Of a DNA stretch of 26,425 nt, positions 14,375 through 24,463 are shown piece after piece. Both the position numbers and the translations under genes were made by a program. Source of the DNA: a virus (Duplodnaviria > Caudoviricetes); IMG/VR virus record IMGVR_UViG_3300009155_000217, positions 1 through 26,425 of that record; one strand, given 5' to 3'. The notes beneath the pieces were generated by a model. That model did no database searches. It was not told the DNA's origin and was given only the letters and a program-made list of their open reading frames with translations. The stretch's first letter is position 1. The number at the start of each line of letters is the position of its first letter.

Positions 14375-15133
14375 ATGGCTAGCAGTAGTCCAATGGAATT
14401 GGGTAAGACTAAAAACCTTAAACCAGCTATATCCCCAGCTCAAGCAAAAGCATTACGTACTGGTGTTAACGTTGTATCTAGTGTGGTTGGTCCTGGCAAA
14501 GCTAAAGGTTTAGCTATAGGACTTACTAAAGCTGCACGTCTTGCTAAAGAAGCTAAAGAAGTTGCAGAGAAGGCAGCTGGGTTTTCTAAACCTAGAGTTC
14601 CAATGGTTACTAGAGAAGTTGACTACAGTCCTACTCCAGCTAAACCTGTTGTGGCTAAGCCAGAAGAAAAAATATTTCGTCGTGGGGTTGAAGAACCTAA
14701 AGAAATTTCTAATAATAATTTAGCTGTTGAGAAAGCCAAAGCATTTGGATTAGGTTCGGTATCACCTGAACAAAGAGCGGCTATTGAAGCTCAGATGAAT
14801 AGAGGGCTACGCCCTGATATGGCTCCTTTGAGAACCAATCCACTTCCTCCAGAGGCAGTAAGTATTCGTCCACCTTTAGCTCCAGGTATGCGTAAGTGGA
14901 CACCAGAAACTAAAATAGTTATACAACCTATGAAACCAGCAATACCTAAGCCACAAGTATTTGATATTAAATCAAGTGGTACAACAAAGCCTTTGACGCA
15001 AGTGCAAAGGGAACGTATAGCTGAAGAGCAAGCACAGCGTGCTGCAGGTATAAGACCATCTGAATATGAAATGACTACTAAAGAAAAACTTGATATGTTG
15101 AAACAACTTCGTAAAGAAGTTAAGGGAGATTAA
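14375..15133 (+). CDS. Basic Pro/Lys/Ala-rich hypothetical protein, probably disordered
   Basis: 252-aa ORF that fills the terL-portal gap exactly. Confidence 0.7.
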   Translation: MASSSPMELGKTKNLKPAISPAQAKALRTGVNVVSSVVGPGKAKGLAIGLTKAARLAKEAKEVAEKAAGFSKPRVPMVTREVDYSPTPAKPVVAKPEEKIFRRGVEEPKEISNNNLAVEKAKAFGLGSVSPEQRAAIEAQMNRGLRPDMAPLRTNPLPPEAVSIRPPLAPGMRKWTPETKIVIQPMKPAIPKPQVFDIKSSGTTKPLTQVQRERIAEEQAQRAAGIRPSEYEMTTKEKLDMLKQLRKEVKGD

Positions 15134-15136
15134 TTT

Positions 15137-16912
15137 ATGGCATTAGATATGAGACAGATAACCGCAAGAGTAGCCTCTTTGCGTTATCGCTCGACTGAAA
15201 GAGATGCACGTAACCTAGACGTACTTGCTGTTCGTCAAGGAAAAATCTCACAAGTTTATCCTAACTTCTTTCCAGCTGGTATAGACCAGAACGTAGTAGC
15301 TAACTTTATTGACATTGTTGCAAGAGACCTTGCAGAAGTTATGGCTCCACTACCTGCTGTTAACTGTTCAGCAGTAAATCAAGTTTCAGATAGAGCACGT
15401 CAGTTTGCAGATAAACGTACAAGAATTGCTGCTAACTATTTCCGTCATTCAGATTTGCAAGTAAACATGTACAACGGTGCGGACATGTACATAACTTATG
15501 GTTTCCTTCCTTTCATTGTTGAGCTAGATGAAGAAGCAGGATTGCCACGGATTAGATTAGAAAATCCTATTGGTGCTTATCCAGAGTTTGACCGATATGG
15601 TCGTTGTATAGCATTTGTAAAACGTTATACACTTACCTTAGGTGAACTGGTTAGCCAGTTTCCTGAATTTGAATCACAACTTTTAGGCTCAGAAGGTTAT
15701 AGCCAAAATCTTAATCATCAGATAGAGATGATTCGTTATTACGATAAAGACCAATCAGTTATTTATGTACCAGCAAGAAATAATTTAGTTCTATCAAAGG
15801 CAACTAATCCTATAGGCAAGATGAACGTAATCATTGCTAGACGCCCAGGCGTTGATGGTGAGCTTCGTGGACAGTTTGATGATGTATTAGGAATTCAGTT
15901 ACTTCGTAATCGTTTTGCTTTACTTGCAATGGAGGCTGCAGAGAAATCTGTTCAAGCACCAATTGTATTGCCAAGCGATGTACAAGAATTACAATTAGGC
16001 GGAGACGCTGTAATTCGTACAAACAATCCAGCGGGTGTTAGACGTGTTGAGCTTAATCTCCCACAAGGAGCTTTTACAGAACAACAACTTCTAAATGAGG
16101 AACTACGTGTAGGAGCTCGTTATCCTGAGTCACGTACTGGAAATGTTAAAGCTTCAATTATTACTGGCGAAGGTGTTCAAGCACTACTAGGTGCATTTGA
16201 TACACAGGTTAAGTCAGCACAATCTATATTTACTACAGCATTACGTGATGTTATTTCTCTTTGCTTTGAAGTAGATGAGAAACTATTTAACGTAGAGAAA
16301 ACAATTCGTGGTACCGATGCTGGTGCACCTTATGCGGTTACATATACACCTACAAAAGATATCAAGGGTGATTACTCAGCCGATGTAAGATACGGAATGT
16401 TAGCTGGTTTGAACCCAGCACAAGGACTTATCTTCATGCTTCAAGCTCTTGGCGGAAAACTTATCTCTAAAGATATGGCTATGCGTGAGTTGCCATTTAA
16501 CGTCAACGTCACCTTAGAACAAGAGCGTATTGAAACAGAAGATATGCGGGCTGCATTGATTGGTTCACTGCAAGCTTATGCACAAGCAATACCTCAAATC
16601 GCTGCCCAGGGCGGTGACCCAAGCGACATTGTTAACAAGATAGCTGAAGTCATTAGGCAACGTCAGAAAGGCATAGCAATTGAAGATGCCATCAGTGAGG
16701 TATTTGCAATCGAGAATCCTCCAGCTGGTGGCGCACCATCGGTCGAGCAGCCGTCCGTCCCCTCTGCTCCCGGCGCTCCAGTTGGAGGCTCACAACCAGA
16801 ACAACCAATAGAAGCTCAAGCGCAACAAAGACCAGAGTTACAAAGTTTATTAAGTAATTTAAATATGGCTGGAAAAACTAACGCAAGTGTAAGGACAGTA
16901 AACAGAAGATAA
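15137..16912 (+). CDS. Portal protein
   Basis: 591 aa after terminase; NFIDIVARD motif, helical core and Pro/Gln-rich tail typical of podovirus-type portals. Confidence 0.8.
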   Translation: MALDMRQITARVASLRYRSTERDARNLDVLAVRQGKISQVYPNFFPAGIDQNVVANFIDIVARDLAEVMAPLPAVNCSAVNQVSDRARQFADKRTRIAANYFRHSDLQVNMYNGADMYITYGFLPFIVELDEEAGLPRIRLENPIGAYPEFDRYGRCIAFVKRYTLTLGELVSQFPEFESQLLGSEGYSQNLNHQIEMIRYYDKDQSVIYVPARNNLVLSKATNPIGKMNVIIARRPGVDGELRGQFDDVLGIQLLRNRFALLAMEAAEKSVQAPIVLPSDVQELQLGGDAVIRTNNPAGVRRVELNLPQGAFTEQQLLNEELRVGARYPESRTGNVKASIITGEGVQALLGAFDTQVKSAQSIFTTALRDVISLCFEVDEKLFNVEKTIRGTDAGAPYAVTYTPTKDIKGDYSADVRYGMLAGLNPAQGLIFMLQALGGKLISKDMAMRELPFNVNVTLEQERIETEDMRAALIGSLQAYAQAIPQIAAQGGDPSDIVNKIAEVIRQRQKGIAIEDAISEVFAIENPPAGGAPSVEQPSVPSAPGAPVGGSQPEQPIEAQAQQRPELQSLLSNLNMAGKTNASVRTVNRR

Positions 16913-16924
16913 CTTGGAGGAATA

Positions 16925-17494
16925 GTGACGGCTATTGTTGGAATTCAAGGTAAAGGTTGGGCTGTCCTAGCAGCAGACTCTATGACTACATATACAGATA
17001 GACCGTATATAGCAAAGGGTTGCGACAAGATAGTTAAAATTGGTGAGTATCTAATTGCAGTAGCAGGTGATGCTATAGCGGGAGATATCCTTAATAACTT
17101 ATGGCAACCACCTAAAGTAATCAAGACACAAGACCCAGATAGATTTATGATGATTAGAGTGTTACCGTCTATAAAACAAACTCTAACTGAAACAGGTTAT
17201 GATTCAACGCCTAAGGGCAAAGACGATGCTGATGCTGGGTGGGATGCATTAGTTTGTTTTAATGGAAAGTTATATCAAGTTAGTGATGACTATGGATATA
17301 TGCGAGATGATAAAGGAATTTACGGTATTGGTTCGGGCGGTGCATTAGCTCTTGGTGCATTAGTTTCGATGGAAGCTGAAACTAAGACACATGCTAAAGC
17401 AACAAGTGCAGCAAAGAAAGCAATTAACGTAGCAATTCAGTACAACATATGGTGCGGTGGAACCGCTAATATTAAAACTCAATTTACTAAGTAG
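16925..17494 (+). CDS. Proteasome beta-subunit/HslV-like Ntn threonine peptidase
   Basis: Thr1 after Met removal (TAIVG), AADS (Asp17), DKI (Lys34), AG and GSGG motifs; GGAGG RBS with GTG start. Confidence 0.85.
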   Translation: MTAIVGIQGKGWAVLAADSMTTYTDRPYIAKGCDKIVKIGEYLIAVAGDAIAGDILNNLWQPPKVIKTQDPDRFMMIRVLPSIKQTLTETGYDSTPKGKDDADAGWDALVCFNGKLYQVSDDYGYMRDDKGIYGIGSGGALALGALVSMEAETKTHAKATSAAKKAINVAIQYNIWCGGTANIKTQFTK

Positions 17495-17502
17495 GAGTAT
17501 AA

Positions 17503-17925
17503 ATGGCAAATGGACGCGGCGGATATCGTCAACCTAGTAATCCAGCACCTGTATCAGGTCCAGGCGCTTTGTCAAAGCGTACTGATGGTGGTGCAACCGA
17601 AGGTATGACTCAAGCTCCTAAGTACATGGCTGGTATGAGATACGGCATGGGTGGAAATATGGAACAACAATCTGGTGCTCCTATGCAAGGTACAGATATA
17701 CCTTCTACGCCATCTCCTATAGTGCCATTAACAGCGCCTACAAGCCGTCCTCAAGAGCCTATTACAGCTGGTGTTGACTTTGGTGCTGGCCCTGGCTCAG
17801 AGGCTTTAATCAATATGCCATCTCCTCAAATTAATATTACTAACATCCTTGGCAGACTTGCTCAGTATGATGACTCAGGAGACACAGAGCTTATCTATCG
17901 CAGGTTACTAGATAGCGGTTACTAA
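17503..17925 (+). CDS. Gly/Pro-rich virion-associated hypothetical protein
   Basis: RGGYRQPSNPAPVSGPGALSKRTDGG...RPQEPITAG; AGGAG RBS; position in the head module. Confidence 0.7.
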   Translation: MANGRGGYRQPSNPAPVSGPGALSKRTDGGATEGMTQAPKYMAGMRYGMGGNMEQQSGAPMQGTDIPSTPSPIVPLTAPTSRPQEPITAGVDFGAGPGSEALINMPSPQINITNILGRLAQYDDSGDTELIYRRLLDSGY

Positions 17926-20900
17926 TGCCTAGACTACCGCATCCAGTAGTAGCTCAGACATCTCAAGGTTTATATAATGCAGTTGCTTCAGCTAACCTTT
18001 CGCCTGAAGAAAATGGCATGGTTACGCAACTCTCTTATGCATATCAAGAAGGTTTGAGATTAAGCAAATTATCTCCTGATAAAGCTAAAGAAGATTTTGA
18101 CAACCTAACTGATAATGCTAAAAAAGATGTTAGAGTGTTATTTCCTAATGAGGAATATTCTAAACCTGAACAAAGCTTATTAGGAAAAGGTTTAGGTCTT
18201 GCTGGTAAAGCGGTTAGTGTCCCTTACAAATTCTTTGGCTCTCCTTTTCTTGGCACATTTTCAGCTTTAGAAAAATATAGTAAAACTCTTAACACGCCAG
18301 CTCGTGTAGGATTCCAAGCTACTACTTTAGATAAACCTGTATTTTCTCAAAACACTTGGTCAGATGCTTATAAAGGTAAAGATTTTTATAACCCAAATGA
18401 TGTTAAGAACCTTGAAGAAAAATATGGTAAGGCTAATGCTGCAGTTGCAATGGGTATTGCTTCTGGCAAAACTCCAGGTGAAATTGTTAAAAGTTGGGGC
18501 AAGGTAGATGCAGAAATAACACAAGCACTTGCTGATTCATTAGATGACCCAGACAAGTTTGAACCTATTCTTAAAGAAACAAAGTTAGCAAGATTTTCTC
18601 CTGGTCGTTCAATCGTGCGTATGGTATACGATGAACAACATCCAGTACTTTCAACATTATGGTTCTCTGCTTTTGGTAGACCAATAGAAGTTCCTGGTCA
18701 ATCTCCAGAAGTTAAAGCAGCAAACGAAACTTATAAAGCTAGTGTAATGGCTAAGCAATCTGGTGTTATTGATGCTATTTATCAAGTGATAATTTCTCCT
18801 GATACTTACCTAACAATGGGTCTAAGCAAGTTGCCTGTAATCGGTCCTAAGTTAGCTAAAGCTGCTATTGCAAGAGGAGCCGATGAAGCTGGCTTTCTTG
18901 TTGCCGGACAAGGCAATAAAGGTAGAGTATTAGCTGACAAAATATTAGCGGCTAAACCAGAGGAATTAAACCTTACTATTCGTGAGACCTTTCAAAGACC
19001 AGATGTATTTGGTTTGTGGCAAAATGAAGTTGGTCCAGTAATTAAGGCATTCACTGAGGCTGAAGGTAATACAGCTAAGGCACAAATATTTAGAAATTTT
19101 AGACTTAATTACCCAGAATTTAATGACCTTGCAGTATTTAAACTATATGCAAAAAACAATGTATTTGACGCAGCATCTGCTGAGAAGTTTTTTACCACTG
19201 CAGATAATGCAAGATATTTAATTGGTGGAAGACTAGACGGTACTACTTTTTATCGTAATGGCATAGCTACTGCTCGTTCATCTCGTCAGTTTACATCAGG
19301 TATTGCTCGTAAAGTAGATGCAATATTTAATCCAACTGTAGGAAATGTTGCTGCAAGAGACACAATTGAAAAGGCTACTGCCGCACATGAACGTGGTTGG
19401 GAAATTCTTACACGTTTAGGCGAGGAAGCTGACTTTGGAGTTAATCCAAATATAACAAAATTAATAGACATTGAAAGTGATATGTCTAAAACACGTAAAT
19501 TAGCATTTAAAATAGGTACAGCAGCTGGCAGAAGCCCTACTAGTGGCGGCATTAAATACGGTGATAATGCTGTTGATACTGTTTCTGAGTTTAGAAACAT
19601 GGCTGCGTTAGTAGTAGACAGAGATTTTGCAGATACATGGGCATTAAACTATTTAGATTTAGATTCTGCTCAGCAAGTAGTAGCTGTTCGCAACCTTTAT
19701 GCTGCATATTTTCAAAAACAAGGCTTTGAAGGATTACCTGGCGGTAAAAACTATGCACAAAAAGTATTAGATAGAACATTTAACCACCATGCTGGCTTTG
19801 GTGTTACCTCTAAAGTAGAAGTACGTAGAGATTTAGCTGACAAGATGGACCCTAGTGCCCTTGAATGGGAGAATGGTGTTCCATATTTAAGAAACCGTGG
19901 TATCACTCATGGGTTCCAGGCAGCTGGAATGATTGCTCCGTTACCTTTTGAAGAAATTGCTGCTACAAAGGCAATGCTTGGCATGAAAGATGAAGCTGGC
20001 CAGTTTACTGTGCGAAATGGCATACCTTCTTTGTTTGATGGCATGCACAGAAACTACTTTATGCGTGCAGTTACGGACTCTTGGGCTGTCCTTACACTAG
20101 GTATCCGTCAAGGTTTACGAACTGCTATAGACCACTTTACGTTCTATGCATTTATTGCACCTGGCGATGCTATTAAAGATTTTGCAGTTGGAGAATCAAG
20201 AAAACTAGGCAAAGTTCTTACTGTTGCTACTGGTTCTAAGGCAGCTGTTGGTCCATATAAGCGTTTGTTTAATAAACTATTCCTTAAAGGTGGTTTAGAG
20301 GAACGTCTTACTAAAGGTGACCGTTTAAATATTGTAAAAGACTTACAAAAAGAGATGTCTGAAAAACTTGGCTACGATGTACCAATGCAAGAGGTTAGCA
20401 ATGTTTTAATTAGGCAAGAATCTGGCAAGCGTGCTTGGGATATCTTGTTCAAAGGTCAAACTGATGAAGCTCAACAAGACATCATGGATTTATTGGTATA
20501 TCAACCAGACACTATTGACGCAATGCAAAGAAGCGTTAGCGCTAAGTCCAACCTAAGCGGTAGATTTGATGATGAGATTAGAAACCTAACCCTTCCTGAA
20601 TCTAATGTAACTAAAGCAGTTGAAGATGCTGGTTTAAAGTTAGGTAGAAAATGGAAACCTATTTCTACTAGAGAACTTGCTGAGATAAACCAGAAGTTCC
20701 CTGCATTAGCACACTATGATAACTGGGCTTTACGTTTTGCTTACAATAAGATTCAACTTGCTGAGTACAAATCATTTAGTCCTGTGTCAGCATTCTTTAT
20801 GCATAACGGATTAAGAGATACAAGGGATATTGAGAGAGCTAGACGCTCTATCCTTAAGCAAGTTGGCGTTAACTATTATACAAAAGAAGAAGAAGCAGCT

Positions 20901-23285
20901 AACTTAATCTTTAAATTGGGTGAGACACCAGAAGCATTAACTGCTGCTGGTAATCTTACTGATTCGCTAAAAGTCTTTGATGCAGATTTGCTAAAACGTT
21001 TTGTTACTAAGTTTGGTGATACAGTTTCCTTTCGTGAGAGAGGTTTAACTGACGAGAAGATATCTCTTATCCTTGTAGATAATATGCTAGCTGATATGCA
21101 AGTTGCTTTCCATGGTGGTGCTAACTCCTTTAATCAAGAGTTAATGAACCTGGTCAAAGAGAAACACTTTGATATTACAGAGGCAGCAGCTAAGCGTTCT
21201 AAGCGTATCCCATCTGATGCATGGGAAAAAGCTGTATCTAGTATTGAGTTTTCCGACTTTGAAAAGGTTACGGTTAACATGCACCCAAGCGGTGAGGTTA
21301 ATACACGTATCAATTTCATTGATGAAGATATGGAAGGAAACTTTAAGAAGTTTGGTAATGCTGTTTATGAGCAAGCAGACCGTCAAGCAACTGGTTTGTT
21401 TAGCCAACCAGTCTTAGTTTATACATATAAAACTTTCCGTCAATCTTATAGAAATCAAGAGAGACTATTTGCTAGACAAGAAGAGGCTAGACTCCTAGAG
21501 CAAGACCCATTCAATAGCAAGGCTAAAGAAATTGCCACTGATTTAGCACGTAAGAGATATGCTGAATTGGCGCACAATGATGCTATATATACAATATTAA
21601 AGTACATAGATAATCCTGCTATTAGAAGCAATTTCTCTATGTCTATTAGACACGTAGGTAGATTCTATCGTGCAACTGAGGATTTCTATCGTCGTTACTA
21701 TCGTATGCTACGTGATAAGCCAGTCCAAACTGCGTATCGCATGCGATTACTACACCAAGGTTTACAGTCTTCTGGCAGTATATACAAAGACCAAGACGGT
21801 GTTGAATACTTTATCTTCCCAACAGATACCATTATCAATGGTGCAGTTGAGCCAGTAGTACGTAAACTATCTGGTAACAATCAATTTAAAGTACCTCAAT
21901 TTGATAACTTTAAAATGAAGTTACAGATGCTTAACCCATCTTTCTCACCTGATGCTGGTATACCTACCTTTTCTGCACCTGCTGCTTCAGTAACCATACT
22001 TGCAATAGATGGATTACTAGGTAAGTATGGTAACGCTTTTACATCTAACTTAGGCGAAGGTTTTAAAAAGGCTACACTAGGTAGTTTTGGTGAAACTATG
22101 AGTTTCCGTAGTGCTGTTGTACCTATGTATTTAGAGAATGCTATTAGATTAAGTAAGCCAGCACAAGAGATTCTTGGTATTACTGACATTGAACACAAGA
22201 CTCGTGAAGAGAAAAGTGCTGCTATGCAGGCTATCTCTTATATGCAAGCATACGGTAATCAACCTCTATCAGAGACTCCTACTCCTCAGGAACGTAATGA
22301 TTACTTGAAAGCCATAAGTATTGGAACAAGTAACTTGTTATTTATGCGTGCTTTTTTGGGTATGTTCTCACCTGTTTCTGCCTCTGCACAAGAGAGCAAA
22401 GGTGTGCCAAACTATTACAAACAGATTGGTATAACCAGTCTACGTAATGAATTCTATGACATCCTAGATGGTATAAAGAGTACATATGGTACTGATGTTC
22501 AGGACGCTTATGCCCTTGCTACTGCTATCTTTGTGGCTAATAACCCAAAGAAGAGTATCTATCTAGCATCTAGAAATGATAAGCAAACAAACATTCTAAT
22601 TAACAAAACTCAGCAAGTTAAAGACTGGGCTTTAAGTAACAAAGACTTTATAGATACCTATGGTGAGACTGCTTATATCTTTGCACCAAAAGTAGGAGAC
22701 TTTAACCCTGCGGTGTACAACTGGTTGGAATCACAAGACCTACTAGGTCAACCTACCTTAGAGACATATTTAGAAAGAGTATTAGTAGCACAGGATAAAG
22801 CATCTTACTTTGATATTGCTAATAAAGAGAAAGAAGCTTTAGCTAATACCGTTAGTATTAGTGAGCGTCAAGCTATCATTAATAACGCAACAGCAAATCG
22901 TCAAGCCTTATTGAATTCTAATCCATACTTACTGGAAGCTTTGCAAAGTAAGAATAACTTCCCTTCAGAGAAGATAATGTTAGACAACTTGTCAACATTG
23001 CTATCCGATGAGAATACTCCTATAGCAGAGATTACACGGGTTAAAATGAGGTCAGCAGTTAATGCAGTTCAAGAGTTTGTAGCCCTTGCTACTGACCAAG
23101 AGTACAAACTATCACCTTACTTTACTGATGCTAAACGCATGAAGAAAGATGAGATTGAAAAACTTCTTGAAGATTTAAGGACTGGAGACCTTGTTATGTT
23201 TGAAGCATACAGAGCTGTATTACAACCAGTACTTGACTTCTATTCACGGGATACATATGTAGCATTTAGAAAGGCTAGATACTAA
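17925..23285 (+). CDS. Large (1786 aa) probable internal virion/DNA-ejection protein
   Basis: Size, helical Ala-rich composition and position; no catalytic motif recognised. The function is inferred. Confidence 0.6.
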   Translation: MPRLPHPVVAQTSQGLYNAVASANLSPEENGMVTQLSYAYQEGLRLSKLSPDKAKEDFDNLTDNAKKDVRVLFPNEEYSKPEQSLLGKGLGLAGKAVSVPYKFFGSPFLGTFSALEKYSKTLNTPARVGFQATTLDKPVFSQNTWSDAYKGKDFYNPNDVKNLEEKYGKANAAVAMGIASGKTPGEIVKSWGKVDAEITQALADSLDDPDKFEPILKETKLARFSPGRSIVRMVYDEQHPVLSTLWFSAFGRPIEVPGQSPEVKAANETYKASVMAKQSGVIDAIYQVIISPDTYLTMGLSKLPVIGPKLAKAAIARGADEAGFLVAGQGNKGRVLADKILAAKPEELNLTIRETFQRPDVFGLWQNEVGPVIKAFTEAEGNTAKAQIFRNFRLNYPEFNDLAVFKLYAKNNVFDAASAEKFFTTADNARYLIGGRLDGTTFYRNGIATARSSRQFTSGIARKVDAIFNPTVGNVAARDTIEKATAAHERGWEILTRLGEEADFGVNPNITKLIDIESDMSKTRKLAFKIGTAAGRSPTSGGIKYGDNAVDTVSEFRNMAALVVDRDFADTWALNYLDLDSAQQVVAVRNLYAAYFQKQGFEGLPGGKNYAQKVLDRTFNHHAGFGVTSKVEVRRDLADKMDPSALEWENGVPYLRNRGITHGFQAAGMIAPLPFEEIAATKAMLGMKDEAGQFTVRNGIPSLFDGMHRNYFMRAVTDSWAVLTLGIRQGLRTAIDHFTFYAFIAPGDAIKDFAVGESRKLGKVLTVATGSKAAVGPYKRLFNKLFLKGGLEERLTKGDRLNIVKDLQKEMSEKLGYDVPMQEVSNVLIRQESGKRAWDILFKGQTDEAQQDIMDLLVYQPDTIDAMQRSVSAKSNLSGRFDDEIRNLTLPESNVTKAVEDAGLKLGRKWKPISTRELAEINQKFPALAHYDNWALRFAYNKIQLAEYKSFSPVSAFFMHNGLRDTRDIERARRSILKQVGVNYYTKEEEAANLIFKLGETPEALTAAGNLTDSLKVFDADLLKRFVTKFGDTVSFRERGLTDEKISLILVDNMLADMQVAFHGGANSFNQELMNLVKEKHFDITEAAAKRSKRIPSDAWEKAVSSIEFSDFEKVTVNMHPSGEVNTRINFIDEDMEGNFKKFGNAVYEQADRQATGLFSQPVLVYTYKTFRQSYRNQERLFARQEEARLLEQDPFNSKAKEIATDLARKRYAELAHNDAIYTILKYIDNPAIRSNFSMSIRHVGRFYRATEDFYRRYYRMLRDKPVQTAYRMRLLHQGLQSSGSIYKDQDGVEYFIFPTDTIINGAVEPVVRKLSGNNQFKVPQFDNFKMKLQMLNPSFSPDAGIPTFSAPAASVTILAIDGLLGKYGNAFTSNLGEGFKKATLGSFGETMSFRSAVVPMYLENAIRLSKPAQEILGITDIEHKTREEKSAAMQAISYMQAYGNQPLSETPTPQERNDYLKAISIGTSNLLFMRAFLGMFSPVSASAQESKGVPNYYKQIGITSLRNEFYDILDGIKSTYGTDVQDAYALATAIFVANNPKKSIYLASRNDKQTNILINKTQQVKDWALSNKDFIDTYGETAYIFAPKVGDFNPAVYNWLESQDLLGQPTLETYLERVLVAQDKASYFDIANKEKEALANTVSISERQAIINNATANRQALLNSNPYLLEALQSKNNFPSEKIMLDNLSTLLSDENTPIAEITRVKMRSAVNAVQEFVALATDQEYKLSPYFTDAKRMKKDEIEKLLEDLRTGDLVMFEAYRAVLQPVLDFYSRDTYVAFRKARY

Positions 23286-24463
23286 TGGTATTTGAATATC
23301 AAACAGGACGACTTAATCAAGCTGATGAGTTTGCCGCAACCGGCGCTAAGCTAAGTGTTAACCCTTCTACTCAGAAGAATGAATTAGTTATCCTTGATAA
23401 GAGTGGTGCTGTTAATCCAGCCTATGTATACATATCTCCAGATGGTGTTAACTTTGATGTAGATACTGATTTAGATAAAATATTAAATCTATATTATGCT
23501 GACTTTAGAAAAGACCCTAAATATAGAGACACGGTATATAAAAACTTAAAGATTAAAAAGGGTGCTAATCCAACTGATGTAGGTAATGCTCTTAATAAAC
23601 GCATTGTTGACTTTGGTGTAGATGCAGCTACTCAACTTAAATCAAACCCTAGCCTTACTACCTTTACTCCATTAAACAAATGGGCAGGTGGAGCAGGCAG
23701 TTCTGCTACTACAGTAGACCGTTCCCTATCTACGAAGACCCAGGCATCACAAGAATTAGATGACTTCTTTGTTCAGCAATTAGGTCGTAAGGCCACCCTT
23801 GAAGAGAAAAAAGATTTTTACAATAGATTAAGAAAAGAAGAAAGTACATCGGGAGTTACTACTACTACTGGCGAGACTACTCGTACCTCAGTAGGTCGTG
23901 GCTTAACCTCAATAGACCGTCAAAGAATTATGGGCGATGTTTTACGTCCTGCTGCTGACCTTATGACTGGTGATGAACTTCTTAAATCAGGTGGTTTATT
24001 AGGTACATACATATCAAAACTACAAGCTACAGCCAGAAACTATGGCCTAGCTTACAGCCCTGATATGGCTAAGAAGAACGTATTAAATAACTATCAATCA
24101 GGTGGAACTCTTACAACTGGTTCTCTTGATGCTGAAGAGTTAGCTATTAAAACTATGGCTAAGACTATGTATCCTAACCTAGGCAAGTTGATTGATAGTG
24201 GTGTAAAGGTAAGCAGTCTTGCTGACCAGTATGCATATTATATGGGTCAAACCCTTGAGTTACCTGATAACTCTATTGATATTACTAAAGACAATTACAT
24301 ACAACAGGCTCTTAAGAATAACGGACAAGAGGGTTCAATGAATCTAAATGATTTTCAACTATCATTACGTAAAGATGCACGTTGGGCTAAAACCAAGAAT
24401 GCAAGAGAAGAAGCATCTGGTTATGTTAACTCTATCTTGTCTTCATTTGGATTGGTGAGATAA
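23285..24463 (+). CDS. Probable internal virion protein
   Basis: 392 aa, TAATG-coupled to both neighbours. Confidence 0.55.
   Translation: MVFEYQTGRLNQADEFAATGAKLSVNPSTQKNELVILDKSGAVNPAYVYISPDGVNFDVDTDLDKILNLYYADFRKDPKYRDTVYKNLKIKKGANPTDVGNALNKRIVDFGVDAATQLKSNPSLTTFTPLNKWAGGAGSSATTVDRSLSTKTQASQELDDFFVQQLGRKATLEEKKDFYNRLRKEESTSGVTTTTGETTRTSVGRGLTSIDRQRIMGDVLRPAADLMTGDELLKSGGLLGTYISKLQATARNYGLAYSPDMAKKNVLNNYQSGGTLTTGSLDAEELAIKTMAKTMYPNLGKLIDSGVKVSSLADQYAYYMGQTLELPDNSIDITKDNYIQQALKNNGQEGSMNLNDFQLSLRKDARWAKTKNAREEASGYVNSILSSFGLVR

Noticed and set aside
17925-23285. Virion RNA polymerase (N4- or crAss-like) in the 1786-aa ORF
   Set aside because: No DxDGD or T7-type polymerase motifs recognised. 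The nearest is DQDGV, which lacks the last Asp.
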